DNA of 64,000 bases from assembly GCA_020137815.1 (NCBI GenBank), contig CM035354.1:186001-250000 (forward strand), given 5' to 3'. The notes below the pieces were generated by a model. That model ran no database searches. It saw only the letters and a list, made by a program, of their open reading frames with translations, and was not told the origin of the DNA. The position numbers and the translations under genes are program-made. This document shows positions 1 to 19,663 of the stretch, in pieces; positions within the stretch are counted from its first letter, which is position 1, and every line of letters begins with the position of its first letter. Source of the stretch: Hormiphora californensis (Eukaryota; Animalia; Ctenophora).

Positions 1-3
1 CGT

Positions 4-143
4 GACGGACGGACGGACGGACGGACGGACGGACACTTTTAGTTAACTACACAATCTGCTGATTTCTAAACCCTGAATGATCTTTTTAGCACGTGCGTGC
101 TAAAAAGATCATCCCGGGTGATTGCCTTCGGCAATCACCCGGG
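4..143. mobile_element. (GGAC)n microsatellite followed by two adjacent perfect hairpins; possible end of a Helentron-associated (HINE/DINE-1-like) element
   Basis: (GACG)n at 4-33; 17-bp stem 77-93/96-112; 14-bp stem 113-126/130-143. (GTCY)n plus stem-loops is a DINE-1/HINE hallmark; the classification is inferred. Confidence 0.4.
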
Positions 144-259
144 CAGGGAAAAAATGTCTTCTTCTAACGTAATATGGTGTCTACTCGTGCGGGTACGACA
201 GGGATCTTAGTACTCCGAGCCCAATAACACACCCCTATCACACTTGACTCCCTTTTTAG

Positions 260-3200
260 GTATTCCTGCTGCTCTAAAGATCATGTTGCCCCATGCCGGG
301 CAAATAAACTCCAGGTCCAGGACGGGGAACAGCTGGAGTAAACTTACAACCCTCCATCGAGTGGTTGTAGAAAACACTCCGAGTCACAGGGAGTGTGTTA
401 AATTGTTAGCGGAGCATCGTCCTGCTGATCTTCTTGCAGTCGACAGGTTAGGAGGAAAGCTTGTGCCAATGAATCTCCAACCTCCCCTTACAATATTTTC
501 TGGCCTTTCTCTCCCCTCTTTCTCTTATGCCTCCCTCTTTGCAATCTATATGTCTCCTCTAACTACACCATATTGTTAGTGGTGATTCCGAAAGGATGAT
601 CCGGCACTATGCTGTCTCGCCTGTTCGGCGAGACTTGGCTGTGTGACTGTTTACAGTCCCAGATGAGCGGCCCAAACCAAACCAAACCATATTGTTACAG
701 GTTTGGTTGGACTCCTACCATGTACGCGGTGTTCAAGGACCATTGGGAGATGGTGGAAATTACACTCCGAGGACCGATGCAAACCAACTCCGAAACCCTG
801 TTCAAGTCAATTAAGAAAATTGCCGAGCAGATCGCTAAGGACGGGATGTAAGTACCAGTTTAGTAACAAAGAAGATAGAAGCACCAAACACTGAATGTAT
901 CTCCCAATCACCTAAAACTGCATGTATTGCATCTCCGCTCACTGAATCAGTTATTGTACTTGTCTTGTTCGAGTTTGAACAAAACAATATTGTACTTGTA
1001 TTCCAGGTGTGTATCAGACAAAGAGAAGAACAGGTCAATGATAGAGAAGCTGGTTGACTACATGGCCAGTCAAGAGGAGTTCCGTGACCTGCTAAACTCG
1101 GTCCTAAGTGAGGCATACCGGAATCTGACCACAAGATCAGCTCATGATAAGGAGCTGTGGGAGTGGTTCGTGGTACGATACCCCCGACTCTTTACACTCG
1201 GTAGGGAATGAACTCTTTTTTTTAATTACTTTGAACCATTTTGGACCATTTTGGACCGAGGGAGTCTGAACTAACATCTTCATTCAGATGTGCGCCTGGA
1301 GATCATGCGGAATAGAATCACTCCTACTCACAGCTGGAAGTCAGCTGACCTTAAAATCCGGAGGAATGCCTATCTGAGTGAACTGATGAAGGAGAAGGGA
1401 AAACTGGAGGGGGCTCACGTGGTTACTGTGTCATTTCTAGGGGAGGCTGGAGCGGGACTAGGTTAGTTGATCACACTAAGTACATGATCATACCATGACC
1501 AAATACACGATCAGTAATTACAACAAATACACGATCACAACAAATTCATGATTAGTATTACACGACAAAGAGTTCTGTGCCCCTCCTTTTGCAGCATATC
1601 CGAGCTTCCCTTCTGATCTTCATTTGTGAACCCCCCCCCCCCCTCAGGTGTAACGAAGGAGTTCTTCTCTCTGTTTGGAAGTACAGTTACCAACTCATAC
1701 CTCCACAACAACGAGAAGTGTGAGCGGTTGTTCACTGTGAACGAGCACGGGTTGGCAGTCTTTAGTTACCTGCCCGCTTTCTACCGGAAATCACAAGTCG
1801 AGAACAATATCAAGGAGTCAGACTTTAAAACTACACTGAATGATCTGCTGGACAAGTAAGTGTCGTTAAAAACATTCACTGAAACCTGAGGCTGCCGATC
1901 GTCCATTCAAATAACGGCCTCCATCACCTATGATAGTCGGACTAGTAGTCTATATCATACAGATACTTTGGTGACGAAGTTACCCCTCCCTTGCCGGTGC
2001 ACCAAACGAAGCGGCCTGTGTGTGAGGTGTCTTCGATACCAAACAGATACCATAATAGTATACTGCAGCAGTAGTAACCAGTGCTCTCTCATCTAGATAC
2101 TACGTGTCAGGCCAGATATTAGCCCACGCCCTCCTCTCTGGTCAAGTGGTTGGTCTCAACCTAGCTCCCTACATCATTAATATCCTCCTGGGAAACAGCA
2201 AGAACCCTCTCCGTGACTATAAGGAGACTGAGAAGGATGTGTATCAGGCCATTGACAAGCTGTCAAATGAGGTAATTTGCAGTAATATGTCGCATGCTAT
2301 TGAGCCTTTTTTCCAATTCCCGCGATCCGAATTTCAATCCACTTACTCCCTAGGGATAGGATATAGATTTAATTTTAATTTCATTTTGCAGGAAATGAAC
2401 GATTTGGAGACTCCACTTATAGTTGACATAGAACACCCCTTCACGGCCGGAAAAGTGGAACAGTTTCCCCTGGTATCAAAGTCGTCTGGACGGAATGAAA
2501 ATGATTTTGCTACCTCTGCCAAGGGGTAAGAAAAAAAAAATATATTTATTTAGGAAAACAGGATTGGAAACCCGGATTCCAATTTCCTTCTATCAACTCT
2601 CCTCCATCACCCATAACGTTTGACCCTCCCCAGATATCTAACATTGGTAGCCCGTGCCAAGCTATACACGCTATGCAAGGATGAGCTGGCAAACCTTAAG
2701 TCTGGATGGGATTCAGTGTTCTCCCGATTCAATACAAAGTTTCACCCCCGGGATCTACTGTCTGCCCATGAGATATGTCGAGCCCTGTGCGGTGTCAAGA
2801 CACTCAATGTGGAGGAGTGGGAGAGACACAGTGTGTTTTATGAGCAAGGAAATGAGGTAATTTCACATTCCCTTCTCAATTTATTAGCTAACATTTTAAT
2901 TTTCACAATTACAAAGACGTGTTTATCCCACTTTACCTAATTGGGGGGGGGACATGTTAATTTTGTTAACTTTGTTAATATTAACATCGAGAAAACAGGT
3001 GATTTATTAACAAAATTAACAAAAAGTTAACAAACGTTAACAAATGCCATTTATGCCATCTTAATCCCCTTTAGCACGTATTTTTAGTATTTAACACTTG
3101 TTCTGCGAGCAAAGTTGTTCATTCTGTACGATTTACATACCCCTACTACCTCTACTACGGCTTTTCTACAGCGATTTATTCCATTTTGTTAATGTTAATA

Positions 3201-4226
3201 AATACTAGCCAAACTAAACCGCAATTGAAGTCAAATGAGCCTAATCCACATTTTCGCACCCTAAAAACTAAATAAGACTCATGAATTTACCTTAAAACGA
3301 AAAATATCCCAAAAATCTATTTTTATAAAAAAACACAAGGATTTGTAGCGAAGCAAATTTTCAATCCTTGACCAAAAAATTGATTTTGGGAAAATTTTAT
3401 TTCTTTTTTCAACAGAAACGTTGTACATCATCTTATTAAGTTCAAAGAATCGATTACTAATTTAAAAATTACGTTTAAGTGAGATTTTATTCGCTAAATT
3501 GAAATATTTGTAACTTTTGGAATTTTATCGATTTTGAGCCAAAAAACCTGTATGTCGGACTTTGGTTATCGGAAAAGGCCTTGTTTGGGTATATACGTGT
3601 TAGATAATTCATTAAACTATAAAATTAAACCAGTTAAAGTCGTATTATCAACCAATAAGAACAGTCTTTTAGCATTTGTTAATTTTGTTAATTTTGTTAA
3701 TTAACGTTAATTAACAAAATCGAAAAAAGAGGTGATTTATTAACAATTAACATGTCCCCCCCCCCACCTAATTTTAACATCGCCTCCTTTTTCAGTATAC
3801 TGACTCTCCCGTCGTTGAATCACACCGTGATGTGTTCTGGCAGTGCGTCATTAGTCTGTCCGACGAGGACAAACTAAACTTGCTACAATTTGTTACCGGA
3901 CTTTGTGCCCTTCCCCCCGCTGGCTTTAACTACCTACCAGGAGGAGCGTAAGTGATGATTTTGGAGCAGATATGATCCAATGACTTCTTGTGTACATAGC
4001 CAGGCTCAAATCAAGGGGTTCTAATCTCACCACACTCAGCAACTATTAACCCCTCTCTTTCTTTAGGTTTACTGTTGAATTGGGACACCCAGACGACCAA
4101 AGACTGCCATCAGCCGGAACCTGTGCTAACACCCTTCGCCTTCCCCGATACTCAAGCCCCAAGATTCTAAAGGAGAAACTTCTCAAAGCTATCCGATTCG
4201 GGAAGGAGGGCTTTGCTTTTGTTTGA
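260..4226 (+). CDS. HECT-domain E3 ubiquitin ligase, multi-exon, 5' end outside window
   Basis: Spliced exons give V.FLGEAGAGLGVTKEFF, then FWQCVISLSDEDKLNLLQFVTG, then LPSAGTCANTLRLPRYSSPKILKEKLLKAIRFGKEGFAFV* (catalytic Cys, terminal Phe motif). Stop TGA at 4224-4226. Confidence 0.9.
1968..2042. mobile_element. Short TTGG...CCAA-terminated MITE
   Basis: Imperfect TIR TTGGTGACGAAG/CTTCGATACCAA, flanked by ACAGATAC(T/C) direct repeats. Related copies at 10216-10312 and 42955-43010. Confidence 0.6.
2943..3765. mobile_element. Non-autonomous TIR element (823 bp) in a HECT gene intron
   Basis: TIR G(9-10)ACATGTTAATT; perfect 8-bp TSD ACCTAATT (2935-2942, 3766-3773); many TTAAC/GTTAA subterminal motifs. 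Confidence 0.85.
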
Positions 4227-4973
4227 ATATCACCTCAGATATTCCAATTCTACCGTAATTGACTTCTTAGTTCATTATTGTACCAGATTAATCATTATTG
4301 ACTCTGTAAAGTGTAATAGACACTAAATTTTATTCCTTAATAATTGACTAAAGAAATATTGTGACTGTAAGGGTACTAAAACTGCATGTGATATGAGATA
4401 TTGTTCAGTGAAATTGTTGTTGCTCTTTATTAGATTTGGTTAGACCTTCTGTAACTAAACGTCTATTTATTTGGTCATATAAGCCACAAATAATGTTGGC
4501 AAAAGGATTCTGAGGCAGTTACGTCGTCTACAGCTGTACTGATGTGTTGATGATCTTATTCCATTGGGAAACTGAACTGCGCGCGCACCGTTTCCATGCT
4601 TCCCGCGCAAACATATTCAGAAGTGAGACCTCGCGCGTTACATGCAAACACGTAAAGGGAAGAATATTGCGGGAAACATTCCAAAAGTGCGAATGTGCTA
4701 GCGTTCCGTGTAAATGAATGTCTGTCTGTGTGAATAAATGACAGTCTTTGTTTAAGGATTCACAACTATTGTCAATATTTAGACAAACAAGATTAGACAA
4801 TTTGCACTCACAGCTTACAAAACAAAGACGACTACATTCCTTTGATTATTCTACTGGCTACTATTATAATTATTGTATTCTACTTTAAAATTTCATTTTA
4901 TTGTTCGGGGAACGGAGAGATAATCTACAAGTCTATATCATCGTGTCTCTATATCACTCAAGATATGATGTGT

Positions 4974-5705
4974 TTATCTATCGGCGAAAGCCTTCATCAT
5001 ATCGATGGGCATTGGGAAGAGAATGGTTGAGTTTCTCTCGGCGGCGATAGTGCTCAGGGTCTGGAGGTATCGGAGTTGAAGGGCAGCTGGGGAATCAGTG
5101 ATCACATCAGCAGCCTCCTTCAGGGCCTTCGAGGCATTCAGCTCACCCTCGGCAGCAATAACCTGGGAAGAAGTTTATTAATTTGTTTAATAATTTGTAG
5201 AAGGGAGGGGAGTTTATTAATTTAAGGAGAGAGTTACCCCACCCGACTGTAAATGTTCCACAAATCTTCTCCTATGTGTGGCGTGAAAAAGTGATAATTT
5301 TCTTTTCCGTTTTTCCTTATCCCCGCTAAACAATTGTGCAGGGTGCCTATCAACTTAGTACCCTTCACTATATTCCCTGTTTCTTTGTCCCACGACATTA
5401 TTTAGACGTCGGGGTCAGATGGGCAGGGATTGAAAAATAGCCAATAGGTTTTTTCGAACGTGTCACTAGTGACTAGTAGGTAACCAATAGGATTACCTAT
5501 TTTAATGTACAACCTTGGTAAGCAAGCTTTCGATAATAACTAATAACCAACACTCTGACCGAAGCAACAAGTTAGCTAATATTATAATAACCACACGTCG
5601 AGCTGTCAGTAGGCCCCCAAATTCCCCACAAATTGATCAACATGACCACACAAATTCTCGACCTCTCTCTATCTCTTCTCTCTATCTATCTAGGTATCTA
5701 TTTCA

Positions 5706-5762
<57 letters not shown>

Positions 5763-8700
5763 TTCCTTCACTCCTACTTCCACTGAGATATTACAAATTT
5801 CAGGTAACGCCAACAACTAATCACACGTCATTACTTATCATTAGAAAGATTCTCCCTTGTTTCATTTACCTTAGCCTTGGCGTCTCGGTGGGCCTCGGCT
5901 TCAGCGGCCATAGCTCGTTGAAGGTTCTGGGGCAGCCTCACGTCCTTCCTATCAGATAAACATAGTGTGGTTACCATGGAAATAATTACTGGTTTCTGTC
6001 ATGGTTACCAATTATGGTATAAGTAATGGTTTCTGTCATGGTTACCAGCTAAATATAAACAAAAGTAAGTACTGTCTTTCTGTAGAATGAGAGTAGGTTG
6101 TTGCGCTAATGATATAATATAATATAATATAATAGATTGCAATATAATATTAACGTTAGCACAACAATAACAGGTCACGTGTCAATCGATTGACACGTGA
6201 CTTGTTATGTGTCTATACAGTGTATAATACAGTGTAGACCAATAACAAGTCACGTGGTATACAGCGACTGTACTAATTTATGGTGATGTTGGGATGATAC
6301 ACTTGCATTTAAAGCCAACTTGCACAAACAAGTTCTGTGATTCACTTACACTTCAACTCTCTCCACAAGCACTCCCCATGGATCCGTGGCTTCGTCCAGG
6401 ATTTGCTGAAAAGGAGGAGCTTGGGTGAGAACATGATGATATAATTGTACAATTATGGTATCATGTTATTGAGAGTTGTCTTACAAAAGACTGCACTCTC
6501 TCCAAACCGGACCAAACGCCCGGTGAAGAGAGTTACTCTTGCAGCGTGTCCATGATGTTACACTCATGCCGGATGACAAATTCCCATCGCCCCTCTTTTC
6601 CACTGAAATATTCCATTCTAACCTTAGGCGGGTTATACCAGGCTACAAGGTTGTATTATCCAGTTACCAAGGTAACATGTAGTCACGTGACCCAACTAAT
6701 CATGAACTACATCGAGAGAGAAGGGTTTGATTTCCACCCTTGATTCTTGAAGGGTGATCAGGAGGGAGAGGGTGGTATGTGATCAGAGGGCGGTATGTGA
6801 TCAGTAGATTGGGGTCCGGTATCATCATGCGGCATCCCTGGAATCCACCCATTAAAAATATCAGGGGTATAAAATACCACCGGGGGGACTGGGATCAATA
6901 CCAAACATCAATATGATGATACTGTTGTTTCTATTGCCCTGCTTTGTAGACAGCTCCTACACAGCCAGAACTCTAGTTGATGACCTATCTCGGTGGAGGG
7001 AACCCTCACCAGCCCACCTCTCACCCGTCCTCTCCTCCACATATCTATCCAGCAGATCTCTCCTTCTTCCCTTCTCCTCAGCATCTCTCAGTAACGTGAC
7101 TGTGACATCTCAAGGGTTCATCTACCTAGGACCATACGAGGAGAATCCACACAGAGAAGGAGTGGTCCTGATAGCACCACTCATGGCGAACTATGTTCAC
7201 AACCCCAAGTACCCTCAGCAGATCTTCCTAGAGACGACAGAGATGGCATTGTACGTGACCTGGCGGGGGATGACTCTCTCCACCCTCTCCCCTAGACTGT
7301 CCTTCACTTTCCAGGCGCAGCTACATTCTGATGAGAGTGTTGTCCTCCTCTACAAACAGATCCCTGTGGGGTTGGAGGAACTGAGGATTGATGACCATCC
7401 TATACCAGTTATGTGTGGTGCCTCTTTGGTCACAAGAGGAAAAGAGATATTCAACTTTAAACCAGATAAATCCGAGATCCGGAGTGGAGTGACCGTCTTG
7501 GTGGTCGAAGAAACACCCCCTACAGCAGCCCAGCCAACTTCTACAACATCCTCAGATTCTCATAGTGAGGAAGTCGGGAAGGAGGAACTGTTTGGGGAAG
7601 ATGAACTGAAGGAGGATGAGAGGAAGAAGATTTTAGTGATGATGCTGTCTGTTGTGTGTTGTGCTCTATTTCTATTGGTCATTCTTGCTGGTCTCACCCT
7701 CAAGTTTGCAGGCCGTAATGAGTCACCACTAGAGGAGATGGAGATGCAAAAGTCTGGTGTGGAGATTGTTTGAATTGGATCTAGAAAGAAGACCTGAAGA
7801 TCTGCTGGAAGATGAATCATGATTGAATCTGTTATTTCGATTGGTATTGGTATTAAAATTGAGAAAGGGATTGCTTTACTTTGTCACCGTATCGATTATA
7901 ATTTTTATACCACTCCCCACCCCCCATATAACATCAGGAAGTGGCGATAGAACGGTCATTTGCATTATGAGACTATTCGATCTAACGGACGAATTATCGG
8001 AAATGTTTACGACGTTTCTATGGTGACAATACATAAACAGGAACTATTCGAACCTGCATAGATTGTGAGATTTCCTCTCTGTCAGCCAGAATTTCAGCCA
8101 GAGACTTAGTTCCCAGCATGTTCCTGAAAACAATAAATCAGTTTCTTATCGCAATTGGCTGATATTAGTACTATATATTGTATTCAGTATGTACTAGATT
8201 TTAGTACAAGATATTACTCTTATAGATGATTTAAAACCATTGATTTTGAAGGGGTAGAAATGAGTGGGATGAGTGATTTAATATTTTCCATGCAAGCTGA
8301 TTTGGTAACATAGACACCTGGCTGAGAATGTTGTGCATACTAAACTCTATTCTGGCTACTAGTGCTTGCAATGCTTGTGAGTTGGGGACTCTCACACCGC
8401 ATCACACCAGCTCACCACGTACAGTATATTTATTGAAGGAATGTGTAGAAGGTCTGTTTATTGTTCATACCAAGCAAGAGAATCTGAATAATTCAAGAAA
8501 AAGGGCCTTGTTCGACCCTCTCTCTCCCCCCACCCCCCGCATAACATATGGTGCAGTGTCTGATGTTGAGTGTGAGAGAGAGAACGAAAAAAAGAAAGAT
8601 GTACCATGTGTTCTGTATGTGTGAGAATAGTGAAGCAGTGAAAGCACACTTTGAGTCCTGAGACCACATCGAATACGTGTCTAGAGAGAAATTATCTGAC

Positions 8701-11078
8701 TGAATTCTGAAAAATGATTTGTACCACTAGCGGCTCAATTTGGATGCCACACAGTGTACCAATTGTAACGTCTGCCAAGTGCCAGGCACGTCCTAAACTG
8801 TGATGTATCTAACCCTCACATAGAGCGTGGTAACCCCCTCCCTTGCCAGCACGCGAAGGTCGGGGTTATTTCGTATTTAACCAAACATAGAACACGGTGT
8901 GAGCTACACAAGTCCTAAACTGAACACTGATGATATTTTGTTGTTCAGTACACGCGATATAATAAATTGGTAGTAGGTATAACTGCAGGGTGCAGCAGCA
9001 GTAAAAAATACGGACACCTGTCAGACAACATGAGATATTGCACACACCGTGTACACGTCACACACACACTTCTACACTGCTGCCGTAGAAGCCTGACGTT
9101 GGATAATTCACGAGGACTGCTTCCTAAGAAAGAGCTACTCATTGATGGAATTGACCCGTAAAATGGAGCTCATCGAAAGAGTTCTACGAACAGCTTTTCT
9201 GATATAAGTGTAGCTGTAGGAACACAAAGAAACTGCTAGTTCTTTGGAACTCTCTAGATGTAGTTCTCAGATTTCATTCTAGAGAGACAGAGAATGCAAG
9301 ATTAACATTGTTGTTCTTACATCACCAGTGAGTATGACCTCATCAGAGATTGTATGACCTCATTGTGTGTGGGTTGTAACATCTAAACCTGTTCTTATAG
9401 GGCCCGGGAAGCAAACCAAGGCTATTGATAAAACAATTAATTCCCAATTACCTAAGAGTGGTCTGGGCAAGTAGTTTGGTGGCCAGTTTGACGTTATCAA
9501 CATTGCAGACAGAAGAGACGGCATCCTGGATCCTGAAGTAAACAACAGCATCCACGGTAATAGTCACTGAATCTTTTGTCAAGATCTGAGAGAGAAGGGT
9601 GGAGTGAAATTATCATGAGTAGAGATTTCAGATTGCCAAAATCCAAAGTGAGAGAGAAAATTGTGGTTACTTGTCACTTGTGGGAACAGTAATTGAGGTG
9701 GCAGGCCTATAATTAGTTAATTACAATTAGTTAATTAATTAATACCTCCTGGGGTGGGACATCAAAAGAGATGGTCCTCATATCAACAACATGGATCTCA
9801 TCAGTACAGGGCAGGTAGGTAAAGAGGCCGGGTCCAGCAGCACCCCCCTTTGTGATACAACCCAACCGGAAGATAACCGCCTTTTCGTACTGCTGAACAA
9901 CCTGAGGGGAGAGATAGTTAGAGATAAAGATAGAGAGAAAGAGTTTGTTGAACAACATCAGGGGGAGAGAGATATTGATGGATCAGAGTAAGGGAGTTTG
10001 TTGAACAACCTGATAGGAGATAGATAGAGACAAAGAGTTTGTTGACCAGTTGCTATAATAGATACAGTCTGATACTGACATAATACAGACAGAAAATGGC
10101 CGGTACATTGTCTATTCAGATAATTTGGTCAAGTATCATTTAGCATTATTTACAGACGTTAATTATAACAAATGTGCTGTAATTTTTCAAACATTGACAG
10201 AATTGTGCCAAGGTCTTGGTAACGAAATTACCCCCTAACTAAGGTATCGCAGTAGACCAGTAGTAAGGCACGTTTTAGCGTGCCCGCAAGGTAGGGGTAA
10301 TTTCGTTACCAAGCCAAGGTCTTACACAGTTCAGAATTAGGTTAAAACTGAGTTTTAACCAATCCTAAAGAAAGATATCCTAGGTATTATTTATATTAGG
10401 GATACCGTAAGAACAACCAACACTCTCTCTCTCTCTCTTTTGTGTAAAAACGCTGTATAAAGTTGAGACTTGAGAGAGAACAGTACTTTTTGTTGAGGTG
10501 AACAACACAATATCATTTGCGTGTAAACACGCGGCACACTTCCGGCTTTCTCACAAGATCATAAGGGGTACTAAACAATGCACAATGAGGGGGAGATCGC
10601 AATATTTCACGCTCCTCCTCCTCTCACCTTCCCCTTATATACACATCTCCATACTCTTCTTTGCACCACACAGAAGGCACATATTGTTGCGTGTGAAAGT
10701 CATAATTTGAGGGCTAATTGATGTTCCCAGGGGGACGGTACGTGCTAAATTATTACAGCACTTCCACCAACTACATAACATAAAAGCTGCTGGGGGGACC
10801 TCTGTAACTCACCTTGATTACGAAGAATGGAGCGAGGGGAAACAAGATGACGCAAACCAGGATACTCAGGAAGATCAGGATGGATCCACAGACTCCTGGA
10901 CTTTGCTCTAAAAAACGTGGTTCTAAATACCGTCATAAAGAATAAAGGAGAGTTCAATGCAACTATAATAATATGATGTTGAATGATCAAATTTAGTAAA
11001 AAGGTTTCAATGACATTTACCCTCGTATTTCTGCTGTCCGGCAGTAACACGAACTCCTCCCTTTTCCGCGTCAACCAT
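4974..11078 (-). CDS. STOM: Stomatin / band-7 (SPFH) family membrane protein, 8 coding exons
   Basis: Approximate exons 11021-11078, 10813-10907 (hydrophobic hairpin), 9746-9901 ([14 protein letters not shown]...DVPPQE), 9452-9585 ([17 protein letters not shown]), 8053-8123, 6349-6405 ([18 protein letters not shown]), 5870-5948 ([19 protein letters not shown]), 4974-5162 (VIAAEGE...LQLRYLQTL...[11 protein letters not shown]). All junctions GT-AG and in frame. Confidence 0.93.
6868..6874 (+). promoter_or_regulatory. Candidate TATA box of the nested gene
   Basis: TATAAAA 45 bp upstream of the ATG at 6913. Confidence 0.5.
6913..7773 (+). CDS. Intronless PLXDC/TEM7-like single-pass membrane protein (NIDO-like domain, no PSI domain), nested antisense in a stomatin intron
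   Basis: Signal peptide; motifs [28 protein letters not shown]...YKQIPV match PLXDC1/2 as recalled; S/T- and E-rich stalk; C-terminal transmembrane helix. Confidence 0.82.
   Translation: MMILLFLLPCFVDSSYTARTLVDDLSRWREPSPAHLSPVLSSTYLSSRSLLLPFSSASLSNVTVTSQGFIYLGPYEENPHREGVVLIAPLMANYVHNPKYPQQIFLETTEMALYVTWRGMTLSTLSPRLSFTFQAQLHSDESVVLLYKQIPVGLEELRIDDHPIPVMCGASLVTRGKEIFNFKPDKSEIRSGVTVLVVEETPPTAAQPTSTTSSDSHSEEVGKEELFGEDELKEDERKKILVMMLSVVCCALFLLVILAGLTLKFAGRNESPLEEMEMQKSGVEIV
10216..10312. mobile_element. TTGG...CCAA MITE with 9-bp TSD
   Basis: TIR TTGGTAACGAAATTACCCC; TSD GCCAAGGTC at 10207-10215 and 10313-10321. Confidence 0.8.
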
Positions 11079-12073
11079 GGTATTTGTACTCCTAAGACAT
11101 CAAGTATGAGGAATTTAATTTAATAATTTCAAATGAATAATACCAATCAATAACAAAAACATGTCTGATCAGCAGAATGCACTCATACCCCGTAATAAGC
11201 TGTTCTTTCATTCGAGTTTACCCTATTAATAATATCATCATGTTATTGAAACTGAGCTATTGAAAAGTGTTATAAAAATACTATTTACAACTATGTATTA
11301 AACTGTGCTTTATTTTGCGAACCTTCCACGAAGTCCAACAACTGGAGCACTCATAACCTGATACTAAAAGCGTCAAATTTAAATCACAGGATCATGGAAA
11401 TGCAAAGCTGTTTTAATCAACTCAGTGGTAGACGTTAGATTTTTGAAATGTTCCACTGTTTCGCGATCGTGTCGAGCCTATGTCAGTCATACAAGTCTTA
11501 AGTCATACATTTTGGCACTTGTGCACCATCTCTCACACGGCACAATAAAGCCCCTATTTAGTGTTTGGCTAGTGGAACACACTATACAGTGATGATCGGG
11601 GTCCTAAATCAGTACCAAGCTATTGATTTCCCAATTCGTGGTCCTAGAAGGGTTACACACAAGGAACTAACTTGGACCTTCCCTAACAGCTACCGACCAC
11701 CAAACTAAATCAGAAATCGATGCCGCTGCAATTTGGGTGAATGAAAGCATGGCTCAAGTTTTCGTGTTGCTCTATTTTACATACTACAGTCCCCTGGTGG
11801 CCCGTGACTATAAAGAAGACGTGTGCCTTTGAAGGGGACTGAAACATTTGCCAGGTAAATTTGAATTTTTGATGTTTGAACTTTTTATTTGAGCTAGAAA
11901 ATAAAAAAGCCAGCAGCGCGAGCGCGCATTGTAAACTTATACGCTGCAAATAGTGCGCCGCGCAGTCATTTTGAAAAGTTGGGTCACTCACTCGGAACTG
12001 CAGTTTTTTTATCAGTCTTTTTTTTCGTCGGTGGTCTTTTTCGGTTCCTTTCTTTTTGGTTTAGTGGTCACTA

Positions 12074-12603
12074 TAAGGAACCATAATAAAGTTCAAGAGC
12101 CTCCAAGAGCACCCAAGAGCGCACCCGATCGAAGAGAGACCACACCTGAGAGCGTACCACACCCAAAAGAGACCACATCCAAGAGCGCACCACCTCCAGA
12201 AGACACCACTTCAAGAGCGCACCACATCAAAGAGAGCTCCCCATCCAGAAGATATACTCCATTTTTTTTCAACTGTTCACCCCCCAAAGTCGTGCGCGGA
12301 ATTGTTTTGCGCGTTTATCACATGTTAACGTGTAGCGCGTGCCACAAAAATTCTAAATTTCATTTTTTGGGTGAACAGTTGAAAAAAAATGGACTTTACC
12401 ACGCGCAGGGGACACCACACGCAGAAGATACCAGCGCGGCGTTGTATTTGCGCGTGCGGTCTCTTCTGCGCGTGGTGTCCCCTGCGCGCGGTATCTTCTG
12501 GATGGGGAGCTCTCTTTGATGTGGTGCGCTCTTGGAGTGGTGTCTTTTGGAGGTGGTGCGCTCTTGGATGGGGTGCGCTCTTGAACTTTATTATGGTTCC
12601 TTA
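12074..12603. mobile_element. Foldback-like MITE (~530 bp) between the divergent stomatin and AP1G1 genes
   Basis: 27-bp TIR TAAGGAACCATAATAAAGTTCAAGAGC; AAGAGCGCACC subterminal repeats mirrored on both arms; at most a TA duplication. Confidence 0.8.
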
Positions 12604-13226
12604 TTCTCCAACCAGTAGACGGTTAAACCCCCACCGGGACTACGTCCCTGTACCCTGCTTGTGGGGTGTTTCAACCTCTGACCGGGACGATCGCCCTGGA
12701 CGCACAAGGAACCACTGGGTCGGAGTTCTGTCCCTGGGTCGGTATGTGCTGCACACAATGGTGGCTATAAAATTGAATAGAAAGCAGTGGTTTTTGGTCT
12801 AAACTCCGATCTTAGTTCCTACACATATCACTGCTTCAGTAGAAATCTATTACTTACTTGGAACTTGCTGTTTTCCAGCAAAAACTAGTCCAGTAGTATG
12901 CTCATATGTAAATGGTATGGCTCCGATGATTCATCGGTGATGAACAAGGAACTAGACAATGACCGGGGTACAAAGTTTGTCAAACATCCTAAATACACAT
13001 TACACACACAGCTATGAACTTCGTTCAACCGTTTTAGAGAGTAGTAGAAGCCACTTTTACTTTCATGGTAAAAGTGATCCAACGGTCACCATGAGGCGCA
13101 TATCTTCAGGCATGGTCCTCTCGGTTCTGATTTCTCATTTCTAGGAATGCACTACGCCCAACCATTATTACCCCTTGATGATTGATCCCGTATTGAAACA
13201 TTTCAAAACAAGTAACATTCTTTAGA

Positions 13227-19140
<5,914 letters not shown>

Positions 19141-19663
19141 CTCCGGTGTGTATTATAGAGGGGATGGGTAGGATTAGAGAGAGATATTGAATGATTGATG
19201 GATTTATGACCGCTGCTGGGCAGCAAACACCTCTCGGACGACTTCACACGTTTACACGCACGAACACTCGTTTTCTCATTGAAAATCCGTGGGTTCCCTT
19301 AGTTCTTCTGTTACGTGCTGTGAGTCTCTATATATTACGTTTCAAGTGTTAGTATTATACAGGTGCTACTACTGTTCAATACATAATTATGTATAACCAA
19401 CTGTGTTATGTGAATGTGATTTCGACATGTTTCAATATCCCGAGTCTCACTTGGTTGACGCCGCGCACTCCAAATGCTTGCCGTACCTTGGTTTGCTACC
19501 ATCTCGCCCCGCCCACCAGTGCCAGAATGCTCACAGTGAGCGCCGCGCAGACAACGAAAACAGCCCAGTTGCTGGCCTCACAAACGTCAATAGCACATGA
19601 ATAAATTACACACACAAACAGGCTCCGGGTCCCGGGACTGTAAAAAAGTAGACACACGAACAC

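Noticed and set aside
11953-12802. 188-aa and 137-aa ORFs
   Set aside because: They read through the repeats of the foldback MITE and show no protein motif.
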